In this document: positions 1 to 9,199 of the stretch, one piece after another | Numbering within the stretch: position 1 is the first letter of the stretch | Layout: every line of letters begins with the position of its first letter | Assembly (NCBI GenBank): GCA_965237955.1 | Contig: OZ250169.1 | Coordinates: 6,592,001 to 6,656,000 of the forward strand | Source of the DNA: Candidatus Marinacidobacterales bacterium | GTDB lineage: Bacteria > Acidobacteriota > Vicinamibacteria > Marinacidobacterales > SMYC01 | Direction: 5' to 3' | Length of the DNA stretch: 64,000 nt | Made by a program: the position numbers and the translations under genes | The notes under the pieces: generated by a model | What the model was told of the DNA's origin: nothing | Database searches by the model: none | What the model saw: the letters and a program-made list of their open reading frames with translations, nothing else

Positions 1-1258
1 CCGCGCGTACTACGACGAGAACCAGGAAGAGTTCGAGCGCCCCGTCCAGCGCAAAGCAAGACTCATTACTCTCACCCCCCAGCTGTTTAGCGGGGAAGTC
101 ACCGTTAACCAACGCGAGATCGCGCGCTACTACGACGAGAACCAACCGCAGTATTCGACCGGCGAGCAAGTCCGAGCAAGCCATATCCTCTTCATGACGG
201 GTCCCGACAAGAACGAGGAAGCGGTACGCCAGCAGGCCGAAGCGGTGCTGGTCCAAGTGAAGGCGGGAGCCGATTTCGCCGAGCTCGCCCGCGAGCACTC
301 CGAGGATACCTCCGCCGATAGCGGCGGCGACCTCGGGCTGTTCGGAAGGGGCGCCATGGTTCCGGCGTTCGAACAAGCGGCGTTCTCGCTTCCCGTGGGC
401 GGCACGAGCGAGCTCGTCCGCTCGACCTACGGCTATCACATCATCAAAGTCACCGACAGACAGGCTGCGTTCACGCAACCGCTCGAGACCGTTCAAGAGC
501 AGATCCAGGGCGTGCTCTCTCAGAAAAAAGCGACCGCGAGAATGGAAGCAGCCATCCAGAGCGCAGCGGAGAAGCTCCGCGCCGCCGGCGCCATCGACGC
601 GCTCACCGCCGAGTACCCGCTGCTGGTTCCCCAGGACACGCCGTTTTTCGGCGCCGAAGACCCACTCCCACAACTCGGGAGCTCGGCTGAGGCGACGCGC
701 CTCGCATTCGAGATCGACATCATGGATATCACACCCGCGATCCCGTTAGGGCCGGGTGGCGGCTACGTGTTCCTGCAGGTGCTCGAAGAACGCAAGGCCG
801 CCGTGGCACCGTTCGAGGAAGCCCAGAACCAAGCGCGGCAGCTGCTTCGAGACCAACGAGCGATGGAGCTCGCCCGCAACCGGGCTGACGAGGTGCACCA
901 GCGGCTGGTCGGCGAAGGCGGTGAAGGTGCCGACATCGAGCTCCTGACGAGCGAGAGCTATTTCCGGGGATCCCAACTTCCCGAGGCGGGTCGCTCGGTC
1001 GGGGTGCAGGCGCGCGCGTTCGAGATGCCGGTTGGCGAGCTCTCGCAACCACTCGCCTCCGACATCGGATATGTCATCATCCGCGTGCTCGAAAAATCAG
1101 GATTCGACGCGGAAGATTTCACCGAGCAAAGAGCGAGCTTCGAAGAACAGATCCTTACCGAGCAGCGCTCCCGTATGTGGGGCGCTTTCGTCCAGAACCT
1201 GCAGTCCCGCTACAGCGTCAAAATCGACTGGCAAGCGATCCGAGGCATCACCGGCTGA
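1..1258 (+). CDS. ppiD: PpiD/SurA-type parvulin peptidyl-prolyl isomerase, 5' partial (reading frame open from position 2)
   Basis: Frame reads RAYYDENQEEF...EQVRASHILF...DFAELAREHSED...GGDLG.F.RG.MVPAFEQAAF...YGYHIIKV, which is a rotamase motif; two YYDEN repeats are typical of PpiD. Confidence 0.88.
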   Translation, partial: RAYYDENQEEFERPVQRKARLITLTPQLFSGEVTVNQREIARYYDENQPQYSTGEQVRASHILFMTGPDKNEEAVRQQAEAVLVQVKAGADFAELAREHSEDTSADSGGDLGLFGRGAMVPAFEQAAFSLPVGGTSELVRSTYGYHIIKVTDRQAAFTQPLETVQEQIQGVLSQKKATARMEAAIQSAAEKLRAAGAIDALTAEYPLLVPQDTPFFGAEDPLPQLGSSAEATRLAFEIDIMDITPAIPLGPGGGYVFLQVLEERKAAVAPFEEAQNQARQLLRDQRAMELARNRADEVHQRLVGEGGEGADIELLTSESYFRGSQLPEAGRSVGVQARAFEMPVGELSQPLASDIGYVIIRVLEKSGFDAEDFTEQRASFEEQILTEQRSRMWGAFVQNLQSRYSVKIDWQAIRGITG

Positions 1259-1274
1259 TTACCGGGGGGGGACC

Positions 1275-1625
1275 ATGAACCTAGACCTTCGCGAAAAAGA
1301 CGGCGTCAATATTTTGGTCCTCGGTGGACAGCTTACCGGCGGGGGCGGTGACGAACAGTTTCGAGAAGCCATCGACACCCTCCTCGCCGCCGGACGCGCG
1401 CAGATCCTCGTGGACTTCACCGAGATCACGTTCATGGACAGCGCCGGCATGGGCGAGCTCGTCTCCGGCCACCGCACCGTGGGGCGCTTCGGTGGCGCGC
1501 TCAAGATCCTCAACCCGAACAAACGCGTCCACAACTCCCTCACCATGGCGAAGCTACTGCCGATCTTCGAGGTCTTCGACGACGAGGAGAAGGCGTTGGG
1601 AAGCTACGCCAAGTCGGACGCGTAG
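1275..1625 (+). CDS. STAS-domain anti-sigma factor antagonist
   Basis: MNLDLREKDGV...VDFTEITFMDSAGMGELVSG with the phosphorylatable Ser motif; G-rich RBS before ATG 1275. Confidence 0.9.
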   Translation: MNLDLREKDGVNILVLGGQLTGGGGDEQFREAIDTLLAAGRAQILVDFTEITFMDSAGMGELVSGHRTVGRFGGALKILNPNKRVHNSLTMAKLLPIFEVFDDEEKALGSYAKSDA

Positions 1626-1641
1626 TTTAACTAAACTAGTT

Positions 1642-1971
1642 CTAGACTCGAATGTCGAGCGCGGAAATCAACGCAGCGTCGAGCGCACCCAGTTTCGTCG
1701 TGGTCAATGTGCCGACGAATTGACTCAGCATGGACTTCGGCAAACTGATGAGTTCATCACAATGAATGCTGCTTTCGTGCTTTAGTCCATCGTCGACGCC
1801 AACCGGCACCTGCGTCGACAAGCCGAGGCGCTGGGAATAGACGGGAGCGCAGACGAGTGTCGAGAACTTGGAGTCAATAAGCACTTGGCGGCTCACCACT
1901 ACGAACACTCGATACTTCTTGGGATCACGAGAGGACGGTCGCCGCACACGATAGAGATCTCCCCTGGTCAA
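1642..1971 (-). CDS. PemK/MazF-family endoribonuclease toxin
   Basis: MTRGDLYRV...R.FVVVSRQ..I.S....CAPV...[11 protein letters not shown]; overlaps the antitoxin stop by 4 nt. Confidence 0.88.
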   Translation of the reverse strand: MTRGDLYRVRRPSSRDPKKYRVFVVVSRQVLIDSKFSTLVCAPVYSQRLGLSTQVPVGVDDGLKHESSIHCDELISLPKSMLSQFVGTLTTTKLGALDAALISALDIRV

Positions 1972-2198
1972 AGCTCTACCTGATACGACAGGACGTCTTC
2001 AGCTTCTTCGTTTAACTTGTCGGCGTTGCGATTGATGAGCTCTAGTTCGCGCCGGTCGCGCTCGCGTTTGTCCAGCTCAGCGAACCCCTCACGAAGCATT
2101 CGCTCGATGACCTCCGAGCGACTCTCCCCCGTCTCGGCCACTGTATTGACTCGCTTCACAATGTCTTCTGAGAGTGTGATTGATGTCTTCACTTTCAT
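1968..2198 (-). CDS. Ribbon-helix-helix antitoxin (MazE-like)
   Basis: [14 protein letters not shown]...[15 protein letters not shown] pattern; directly upstream of the toxin. Confidence 0.85.
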   Translation of the reverse strand: MKVKTSITLSEDIVKRVNTVAETGESRSEVIERMLREGFAELDKRERDRRELELINRNADKLNEEAEDVLSYQVEL

Positions 2199-2248
2199 AC
2201 TACTATTATACCCCCGTAATCCGGCGGAGGCGGTGCAACAACCAGTCT

Positions 2249-3463
2249 TTATTCGTGCCGCAGAGCTTCCACCGGATTCTGATGGGCAGCCTGAATCGCG
2301 GGGTAGACACCGAAACCCACGCCGGTGCCGACGGCCAGGGTCATCGCTCCTATGACTGCGCGGACACTCAGCGCGGTCGGCCAGCCGGCGTAGCTCGACA
2401 CGGCGACGGACGCCGCCGCGCCAAGAACGATCCCGACGAGGCCTCCGACCCCGGTCAAAAGGAGTGCTTCCATCAGGAACTGATGGACGATGTCGTGCCT
2501 GCTTGCACCGAGTGAACGCCGGACGCCGATTTCACGGATGCGCTCGGTGACGTTCGCGAGCATGATGTTCATGATGCCGATGCCACCCACGAGGAGCGAG
2601 ATCGCGGCGACGGCGCCGACGACGACGTTGAACTGAAACCGCGCGCGCTCGTAGCCGGCGATGAGCTCCTGTGGCACGACGAGCTCGAAGTCCTTCGCGC
2701 CGCGATGACGCCGGGCGACGACGGTCTCGATGAGCCGCGCCGAGTCGCGTACCGCGTCGGCTTCGACGATGCGGATGGCGATCTCGTCGATGCGTCCCGT
2801 CGGCTCGGGCACGACCGATAGCGGAATGAAGGCGACCCGGTTCACGTTTCTTCCCGAAAGCCGCGAGCCCCGTCGCGACAGCTCGCGCGGCTCGAGCGCG
2901 CCCACGACCGCGTACCAGTCCGTTTGGATACGGACACGGGAGCCGACAGCGTTTTCGTACGGAAAGAGCGACTCGGAAAGATCGTGACCGAGCACGATGA
3001 TGCGCTTGGCCTCGCGCACATCGGTATCGGTGAGAAACCGGCCTTCCTTCAAAACCAGCTCTTCGGTACCAACGAACGACGGCGTGGTCGCGACGATGCT
3101 CGCCTCGGTGCGGTGTCCGTCACGTGTGATCTGCTCCGAGCGTTCCCGCAATGGCGCGAGGCTCGCCACCGTGGGACAGACTTCGGTGATGGCACGGGCA
3201 TCGGCCACGGTGAGTCCCGGCGATTGCAACGTGCGCGCGTCGAGCTCGGTCTCTGCCGACAGCGCGCCTGCTCGAACCGACACGCGGGTGATACCGAGTC
3301 GTCCGACTTCGGCGAGGATCTCACGCCGCGCCCCCTCGCTGACCGAGAGCATCGCGATGACGGCACTGACGCCGAAGACGATTCCGAGCGCGGAGAGAAT
3401 CGACCGCAGCCTGTGCTGCGTCAACCCTTGCCAGGCGAGACGCGTCAAAGCACGAGGTTTCAT
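2249..3463 (-). CDS. MacB/FtsX-family ABC transporter permease
   Basis: RSILSALGIVFGVSAVIAM; GGIGIMNIMLANVTERIREIGVRRSLGA; PVEALRHE end. Confidence 0.95.
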   Translation of the reverse strand: MKPRALTRLAWQGLTQHRLRSILSALGIVFGVSAVIAMLSVSEGARREILAEVGRLGITRVSVRAGALSAETELDARTLQSPGLTVADARAITEVCPTVASLAPLRERSEQITRDGHRTEASIVATTPSFVGTEELVLKEGRFLTDTDVREAKRIIVLGHDLSESLFPYENAVGSRVRIQTDWYAVVGALEPRELSRRGSRLSGRNVNRVAFIPLSVVPEPTGRIDEIAIRIVEADAVRDSARLIETVVARRHRGAKDFELVVPQELIAGYERARFQFNVVVGAVAAISLLVGGIGIMNIMLANVTERIREIGVRRSLGASRHDIVHQFLMEALLLTGVGGLVGIVLGAAASVAVSSYAGWPTALSVRAVIGAMTLAVGTGVGFGVYPAIQAAHQNPVEALRHE

Positions 3464-4143
3464 GTCGAGCGGTCCTGAACGAGCTTACCGTCCGAGAGCT
3501 CGACGACGCGATGCGCGCGCTCGGCGAGGCTCTGGTCGTGGGTCACGAGCACCAACGTACGCCCTTCGGAGACGAGCTCCTCGAGAAGCTTCAATACCTC
3601 TTCGCCGGTGCGCGAGTCCAAGTTGCCGGTCGGCTCGTCAGCGAGAAGAAGCTCGGGCTCGGTCACGAGTGCCCGTGCGAGTGCGGCGCGTTGCGCTTCT
3701 CCGCCCGAAAGCTCCGCCGGCCGGTGGGAGCTTCGATCGAGAATGCCGAGCCGATCGAGCAGTCGCTCGGAGCGCTCGCGCCAAACGCTTTCCGGCTGCT
3801 CGCTGTAGAGAAGGGCGGTCTCGACATTCTCGAGGACCGTCATCTGCGGGATGAGGTTGAACGACTGGAACAAGAAGCCGACGAGTCGATTCCGCAATCG
3901 ACTGGCCGCCTTGTCGTCGAGCGTATTCGTGTCGGTACCTTGAAGGAGCACTCGACCTCTCGTCGGTTGATCGAGACACCCGAAAAGATTGAGGAGCGTC
4001 GACTTCCCCGAGCCCGAGCGGCCAACGATGGCGATGAAACTGCCTTTCTCGATATCGAGGCTGACCCCGTCGAGGGCGGAGAGAACGCTGTCGGCGCGGG
4101 GATACACCCGGTGAACGTCGACGGCTTGGGCGATCAGGTTCAA
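3460..4143 (-). CDS. ABC transporter ATP-binding protein (LolD/MacB type)
   Basis: Walker A GRSGSGKS, LSGGE signature, LLADEPTGNLD, VTHD. Confidence 0.95.
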   Translation of the reverse strand: MNLIAQAVDVHRVYPRADSVLSALDGVSLDIEKGSFIAIVGRSGSGKSTLLNLFGCLDQPTRGRVLLQGTDTNTLDDKAASRLRNRLVGFLFQSFNLIPQMTVLENVETALLYSEQPESVWRERSERLLDRLGILDRSSHRPAELSGGEAQRAALARALVTEPELLLADEPTGNLDSRTGEEVLKLLEELVSEGRTLVLVTHDQSLAERAHRVVELSDGKLVQDRST

Positions 4144-4155
4144 GAGGTCAAAAGT

Positions 4156-5745
4156 TTAGGGAGACGGCGCGACGACGTCGAGGAAACCCGGAAGCGCTTG
4201 GCCTCCGAGAGGACTCGCCGCGTCGTTCGGATCCCGCAGTAAAACGCGCTCGCCTGCCTCGAGTCCTTGCTCGACGACGATGTGGTTCTCGTTGCTGGGA
4301 CCGACGAGCACTTCTTGAACTTCCGGCGAGCGCCCTCGCATCACGTAGGCATAGTGCTTGCCGCCCCGCTCGAAGATCGCCTCGAGAGGAACGTAGAGCG
4401 CACTCGCGAGACGATCCACGAGGAGCTCGACCCTGGCCGACATGCCGGGACGGAGCCTCGGGTCCGCTTGCTTCACGAGAATCGTCACCGTGAAGTACTT
4501 CCCGCCTCGTCTGGCTTCGTCCGCTTGCGCGAGCGTTCCGATGAAGCTCACTTCGCCCTCGAGGGTGAGCTCGGGATAAGCATCGACCGCAATCAGCACT
4601 TGCTGATTCTTTTCGACTTTGTAGATGTCGGTCTCGCGCACTTGGGTCTCGACTGTCATTCGCGACAAGTCCGGCAACCTGATCAACGGCTGGTTGGGCC
4701 AAACCTGATCGCCGACCTGCACTTTGCGCTTCTCGCTACCAAAGAACACCTGTTTGTAGATGACGAGGCCGGAGACCGTCGCCTTGATCTCGCACCGCTC
4801 CAGGTTCTGACTCTGGAGCTCCACACGCGAGACGAGCTCGGCGTGCTTGCTCTGAGCGAGCCCGAGCGTTGCGGTCGCTTGCGATAGCCGGAACGTGTTC
4901 GCCCGCTGCGATTGCCTCATCGATTCTTTGCTGTTCGCAAGCGCCGCACGAGAGCCTTCCATCTCGGCAGGCCGCGTGTAGTTCATATAAGTCGCGTGCT
5001 TGATCTCGAGAAGCTCGAGATCCTCGCGCGCTTTGTCGACGGCTTGTCTGGCTCGATCGAGCTCGAGCTTGGTAATGAACCCCTCGGCGAGAAGCGGTTT
5101 CAAGTCTTCGTAGCCGGCTTCGGCTTTTGCGAGCTCGCGCTTGACCTGCGATAGCTGCGTTTTCGATTCCGCTTCCGCGAGCTTTCCCTTCCCGTCGACG
5201 ACGCTTTCGAGCTCGAGCTCCGCGAGACGCACCTTGTCCCGCGTTTCGGTGAGCTCTTCTTTGGCGGCGATTTGAAGGAGCTTGTACTCCTCGCGCGCCT
5301 TCACGAGCTCCGCCTCCGCTTGCGCGAGCTGCGCTTGCGATTGCTCCAGCTCGTCCGCGAACGGCTGAGCGTCGAATTCGACGAGCACGTCGCCGACGCT
5401 CACTTGCGTGCCCTCGGGCACGATCTCCAAAATCTTTGCCTGGCTTCCCGGTATCGCCGAGGAGTAGGTCACCGAGCGGAGCGCCTGGAGCGTGCCGCTT
5501 TCGACGATCTCGACTTCGAACAGACCTTCCTCGACCGCCGCGAGAAGCATCGCGTCGCTCGTCCGCGAGCGCAACAGCGACCCGGCCGCAAACACGACGA
5601 TCGCAACTCCCGCGCCTGTCAGGAGCGTGCGTTTCGGGTTTCCCCTCATCCACCGCGCGGTATCCGTCAGGCGCGAGGCCAGGCGTGAAGTTAGACTCGA
5701 CGGCTCGCGGACCCACTCCGGAAGTGCTCTCGTTGTCTCGCTCAT
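4156..5745 (-). CDS. Efflux periplasmic adaptor (MacA/HlyD-like)
   Basis: N-terminal TM, lipoyl half-motifs, long coiled coil, LRPGMSARV, GLEAGERV. Confidence 0.9.
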   Translation of the reverse strand: MSETTRALPEWVREPSSLTSRLASRLTDTARWMRGNPKRTLLTGAGVAIVVFAAGSLLRSRTSDAMLLAAVEEGLFEVEIVESGTLQALRSVTYSSAIPGSQAKILEIVPEGTQVSVGDVLVEFDAQPFADELEQSQAQLAQAEAELVKAREEYKLLQIAAKEELTETRDKVRLAELELESVVDGKGKLAEAESKTQLSQVKRELAKAEAGYEDLKPLLAEGFITKLELDRARQAVDKAREDLELLEIKHATYMNYTRPAEMEGSRAALANSKESMRQSQRANTFRLSQATATLGLAQSKHAELVSRVELQSQNLERCEIKATVSGLVIYKQVFFGSEKRKVQVGDQVWPNQPLIRLPDLSRMTVETQVRETDIYKVEKNQQVLIAVDAYPELTLEGEVSFIGTLAQADEARRGGKYFTVTILVKQADPRLRPGMSARVELLVDRLASALYVPLEAIFERGGKHYAYVMRGRSPEVQEVLVGPSNENHIVVEQGLEAGERVLLRDPNDAASPLGGQALPGFLDVVAPSP

Positions 5746-7187
5746 GGATGATGTCTCGCGCTCGGCAGAAAATTGCCCGGGGCGAATTCCTTGTCGATGT
5801 CGAGGGTTCCGCTCACACGCTTCAACTGTATCTGAGCGACGTGATAGTCCGTCACCAACGACACGTAGTTACTGCGCGCCCGAATGAGGTTGTTCTCCGC
5901 GTCGATGATGTCGAAGTTGCTGGCAAGCCCGCGCTGGTAGCGAAGGGTCGCGAGTCGCATCTGCTTTTCGGCGAAGTCGATGTTCCGCTCTTGCAACACG
6001 ATGCTCTTGCCGACCCGCTGCACGTTCCGTGCGGCCGCTCGAACTTCGTTGGCGACATTGTACCCGGTGAGCCTCAACGACCGCCGGCGGGCATCGACGT
6101 CGATCTGCGACAGCGCAAAGGATGCGCGCTCGCTGGTGCGGTCGAGTGTATAGCTCGTCGACAAGAAGACGTTGAACGCGCTGTCCTGGAAATTGAAGCT
6201 GCTCCCGAGGGAATCACCGATGCCGCGTTGCTCGTAGCGCATGTTCAGATCCAGCTGCGGCAGAAGGTTTTGTTTGGACACCGCCTGGCCGCGCAACGCG
6301 TCGTCGATGCGATCGTGCTCTTCTCTGACCTCGATCCGGTTTCGAAGCGCGAGCTCGGTCAGAGCATCGACGTCGACGTCGACCGGCTGATACTCCGGTT
6401 CCACGATTTCGAGCGAGACGCGCTCAAACGGGTTGAGGCCGAGGTTGAACTTGAACGCGTCGAACGCGAGCTCGAGCGCTTCGTGCCTCAATATCAAAGC
6501 CTCTTCCGCCTGAGACAGCTGAAGCTCAGCTCGAAACACATCGAGCTTCGAGGCGAGTCCCACGAGAAGTCGGGCCTCCGAGGCGCGGAGGAGCTCGCGA
6601 TTGCGCACGAGTGAACCCTCGGCGACCTCGACCAAGCCCTGCTGTCTCACGATGTTGTAGTAGCTCGCGACCACATCCACCACTAGACGTTGCCGGGATA
6701 GATCGAGGTTGCGCTCGGCTCCCTGGAGACCTCTCCGGGAGTTCTCGAGCTCGAACTCGGTCGCTTTCGTTCCGAAGCCGCGCAACAGGGGCTGCGTCAC
6801 TCCAAAGCCGAGGATCGAGTTATTGAAGTTGCCGAGCTGGTTGGTTGCGGAATCGGAGCGATAAGTACCGCTCACCGTGGTACCGAAGGGCAGGAGTTTG
6901 GAGACCTCCAGGCCGAATCTTTGGTCGACGACCGACTGCTCGCCGATGCCTCGCGCGTAGGACGGAGTCACTTTGAAGTTGAAACGCGACTCAGCGACCT
7001 GCTCCGAGATCTGGGCGCCATGGACGACATCGACGGTCGACAGCAGGTTCAGATTGTTGGCGAGAGCAAGCCGGACGGCGTCCTCGAGGCTCAGAACCTG
7101 CTCCGGCGCGTTCGGGTCCGGCTGAGAGGCGCCAATCGGGCCCGCGCCCAACACGAGCGCGCACAAAACGCCGGAAACTATGCGCAT
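5742..7187 (-). CDS. TolC-family outer membrane efflux protein
   Basis: Signal peptide, LSLEDAVRLALANN, TQPLLRGFG, two OEP repeats; start placed at the second ATG (7187), 6 nt after TGnTAGAAT. Confidence 0.9.
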   Translation of the reverse strand: MRIVSGVLCALVLGAGPIGASQPDPNAPEQVLSLEDAVRLALANNLNLLSTVDVVHGAQISEQVAESRFNFKVTPSYARGIGEQSVVDQRFGLEVSKLLPFGTTVSGTYRSDSATNQLGNFNNSILGFGVTQPLLRGFGTKATEFELENSRRGLQGAERNLDLSRQRLVVDVVASYYNIVRQQGLVEVAEGSLVRNRELLRASEARLLVGLASKLDVFRAELQLSQAEEALILRHEALELAFDAFKFNLGLNPFERVSLEIVEPEYQPVDVDVDALTELALRNRIEVREEHDRIDDALRGQAVSKQNLLPQLDLNMRYEQRGIGDSLGSSFNFQDSAFNVFLSTSYTLDRTSERASFALSQIDVDARRRSLRLTGYNVANEVRAAARNVQRVGKSIVLQERNIDFAEKQMRLATLRYQRGLASNFDIIDAENNLIRARSNYVSLVTDYHVAQIQLKRVSGTLDIDKEFAPGNFLPSARHHP

Positions 7188-7244
7188 AAGCATATTCTAT
7201 CACCGGCCACGCTGGCGAGGCCGCTCCCACGGGGTGGGGGCCTG

Positions 7245-7268
7245 GTGCCCCTGCCCGTGCCCGTGCCC
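7245..7268 (+). repeat. Hexamer tandem array (G/C)TGCCC x4; inverted partner GGGCAC-GGGCAT at 7383-7394
   Basis: gtgccc ctgccc gtgccc gtgccc read directly. Confidence 0.85.
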
Positions 7269-7274
7269 GGTAGA

Positions 7275-7362
7275 AACCCTCTCGAACGATCTCACTAGCC
7301 AGGCTCACGAAGTCGACGGCACCCTGGTATACGTCGAGTTTCCCTCGGGCGAATTGGTTCAT
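7275..7362 (-). pseudogene. N-terminal remnant of a four-helix-bundle (23S rRNA IVS / bAvd-like) protein
   Basis: MNQFARGKLDVYQGAVDFVSLASEIVRE resembles the F..EKLDVYQ.A..F start of the family; runs straight into the hexamer repeat. Confidence 0.6.
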
Positions 7363-7412
7363 AGGCTCATTTGTTTTTGATCGGGCACGGGCATCGCTGT
7401 TCGCCAGGCTCA

Positions 7413-9077
7413 CTAACGCGCTAGCTGGTACTCGATGCGAACGCGTTCGCCAGGCCGGCCGGTCACTCGGACGACGATCGAGCGGCCGTCGCTCGACACT
7501 GCCGTTCCGGAGACGAGCCGCAAGCTTCCAAGAACGAAGTGCGCACTCTGAGAGAAATCGAAGCGCCACATGGCGGGCTCGTCGAGCGATGCCATGAGTA
7601 CACCTTCGACGGTGTTGCGCCCGAGTGTTCCGCGATACCGGTGCATCGAGGGGGCGCCCGACGACACGGGTTGCGTCCGTCCACCGGTCAAAATAACTTG
7701 GGCAGCCGCCCGATCCGAAGCCATGAGGTGCGTCGTCAGCGAAGTCTCCACCGTCGGGACGGTCGTCGTTTCGAGCCTAAGGCCGCGGAAGATGTTCACC
7801 TGTTTCGTGACCGTTTTCGTGGCGCCGTCCGGGCCGACGACAGTGAGGCGAGTCGTCATGATGCCTTCTCTTCGAAAGCATTCATCCGTATCCCATTGGT
7901 GCCGGACGATCTTGCCGCTCTTGCGGATGACACCGAGTCCCAGTTCCCCGCCAAGATCCAACTCCCAACGGTAGTTGGTGATGTCACCCAAGGAGGTCAA
8001 CGCGTTGAACTCCCCGTGGCAGGAGCCGGGCTCGACGACGTTGTAGGCCTCGAAATCGGCGACCAGATCCTGTCGCACCCGCACGGTCCGCGTGATCGTG
8101 TCTTCGTCCGGTCGCCGAGCTCCGATGAAAGTTGTCGCGGCATGTGCCACGGTGAGCGTCAACTTATAAGTGCCCGGGGTCAAGTACACGACGGTAATGA
8201 ACGCCTGACCTTCTTTGACCCGACCGTCCCCCAAGTCATAGCGGTACGTGAGCCCGTCTCCTCCCTCGGAGCAACGTCCGTCGATCTTGAGCAGCTCGTT
8301 CACGTCGACGATGGCATCGATCGGCTCGAACCGCACGCACGCCTTGACTTCCTGCGCGGGCGGGCTCGGCGGGGCCACGGTCACCGTCGGCGGCGGAGGC
8401 GGCGCCGGCGGAGGCGGCGCTACCGTGATCGCCGCCGGTTGGGAAGTGGTGGAATCGGAGCTTCCGCCGGCAACGAGCACTCCGACACCAGCTGCCCCGC
8501 CCCCTGCGGCCACGCCCGCGATCACGGCGGCCGACGAGCCACCCGACGAGCCCGCCGCGGTGATGGAACCGGTCGCTGACATGAACGCGCCGACTCCTAA
8601 GTTCTTGAATCCAGGTGCGAGCTCGGGACCGGCGGCGGTCGAGCCGAGGAGGATCTGCGGGTCCTCGCCGGGAAAATACGCTGCTGCCGGGTGTCTTCGT
8701 CGACACTCGGTATGGCTCGTCACTTCGGCAACGCGCTCCGGCGTCCGCGCCGACGTGAAATCCCTGGTGACGGCTTCGACGTAGTAGTGCACCCGCGGGC
8801 AGCTTTCCTCCGCTTGCGGTGCGACGGCGGTAAAAGCGCCGCCGTCAATTTTCAGGTCGACGAAATAGTAGTCCTGTTACAGGCTGCATCGGAAGTACAA
8901 ACGGGAGTTGACGATCTCCTCGCTGGGATCCACGAGTGCCGTGAGCATCGGAAACTCCGAGTGGTACCAGCACTCGATGGCCGGATCGAGGTTGATCTCC
9001 GGTATCGGCTGGGCTAGAGCCCCCGCCGGAATCAAAGCCAATAGCAAAAACGTCTGTACCGACGCGCGTTGCATCAC
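7413..9077 (-). CDS. Secreted protein: Cys-containing N-domain, Gly-rich hydrophobic segment, Pro/Thr linker, PKD domains; one in-frame TAA at 8877-8879
   Basis: ORFs 8877-9077 and 7413-8792 share a frame: RLYFRCSL*QDYYFVDLKIDGGAFTAVAP...VHYYVEAV; PKD motif Y..PGTYKLTLTV. Confidence 0.75.
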
Positions 9078-9199
9078 CGCCTACCCCCGCTGCACTAATA
9101 AATCCGTAATGCCAAATTTCCCTCTTGGCGTTCTCCAATCCTGGAGAGGTTACTTCCTGTGTGGGGCAGCCTAGGGATATCGCGTTTGGCGGGCGCGTG

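Noticed and set aside
8-144. Direct repeat TACTACGACGAGAACCA at 8 and 128
   Set aside because: Encodes the two YYDEN helices normal for PpiD; not a CRISPR or mobile repeat
8380-8520. GC-rich GGCGGC-type repeats
   Set aside because: Codons for the Pro/Gly/Ala low-complexity linker of the PKD protein
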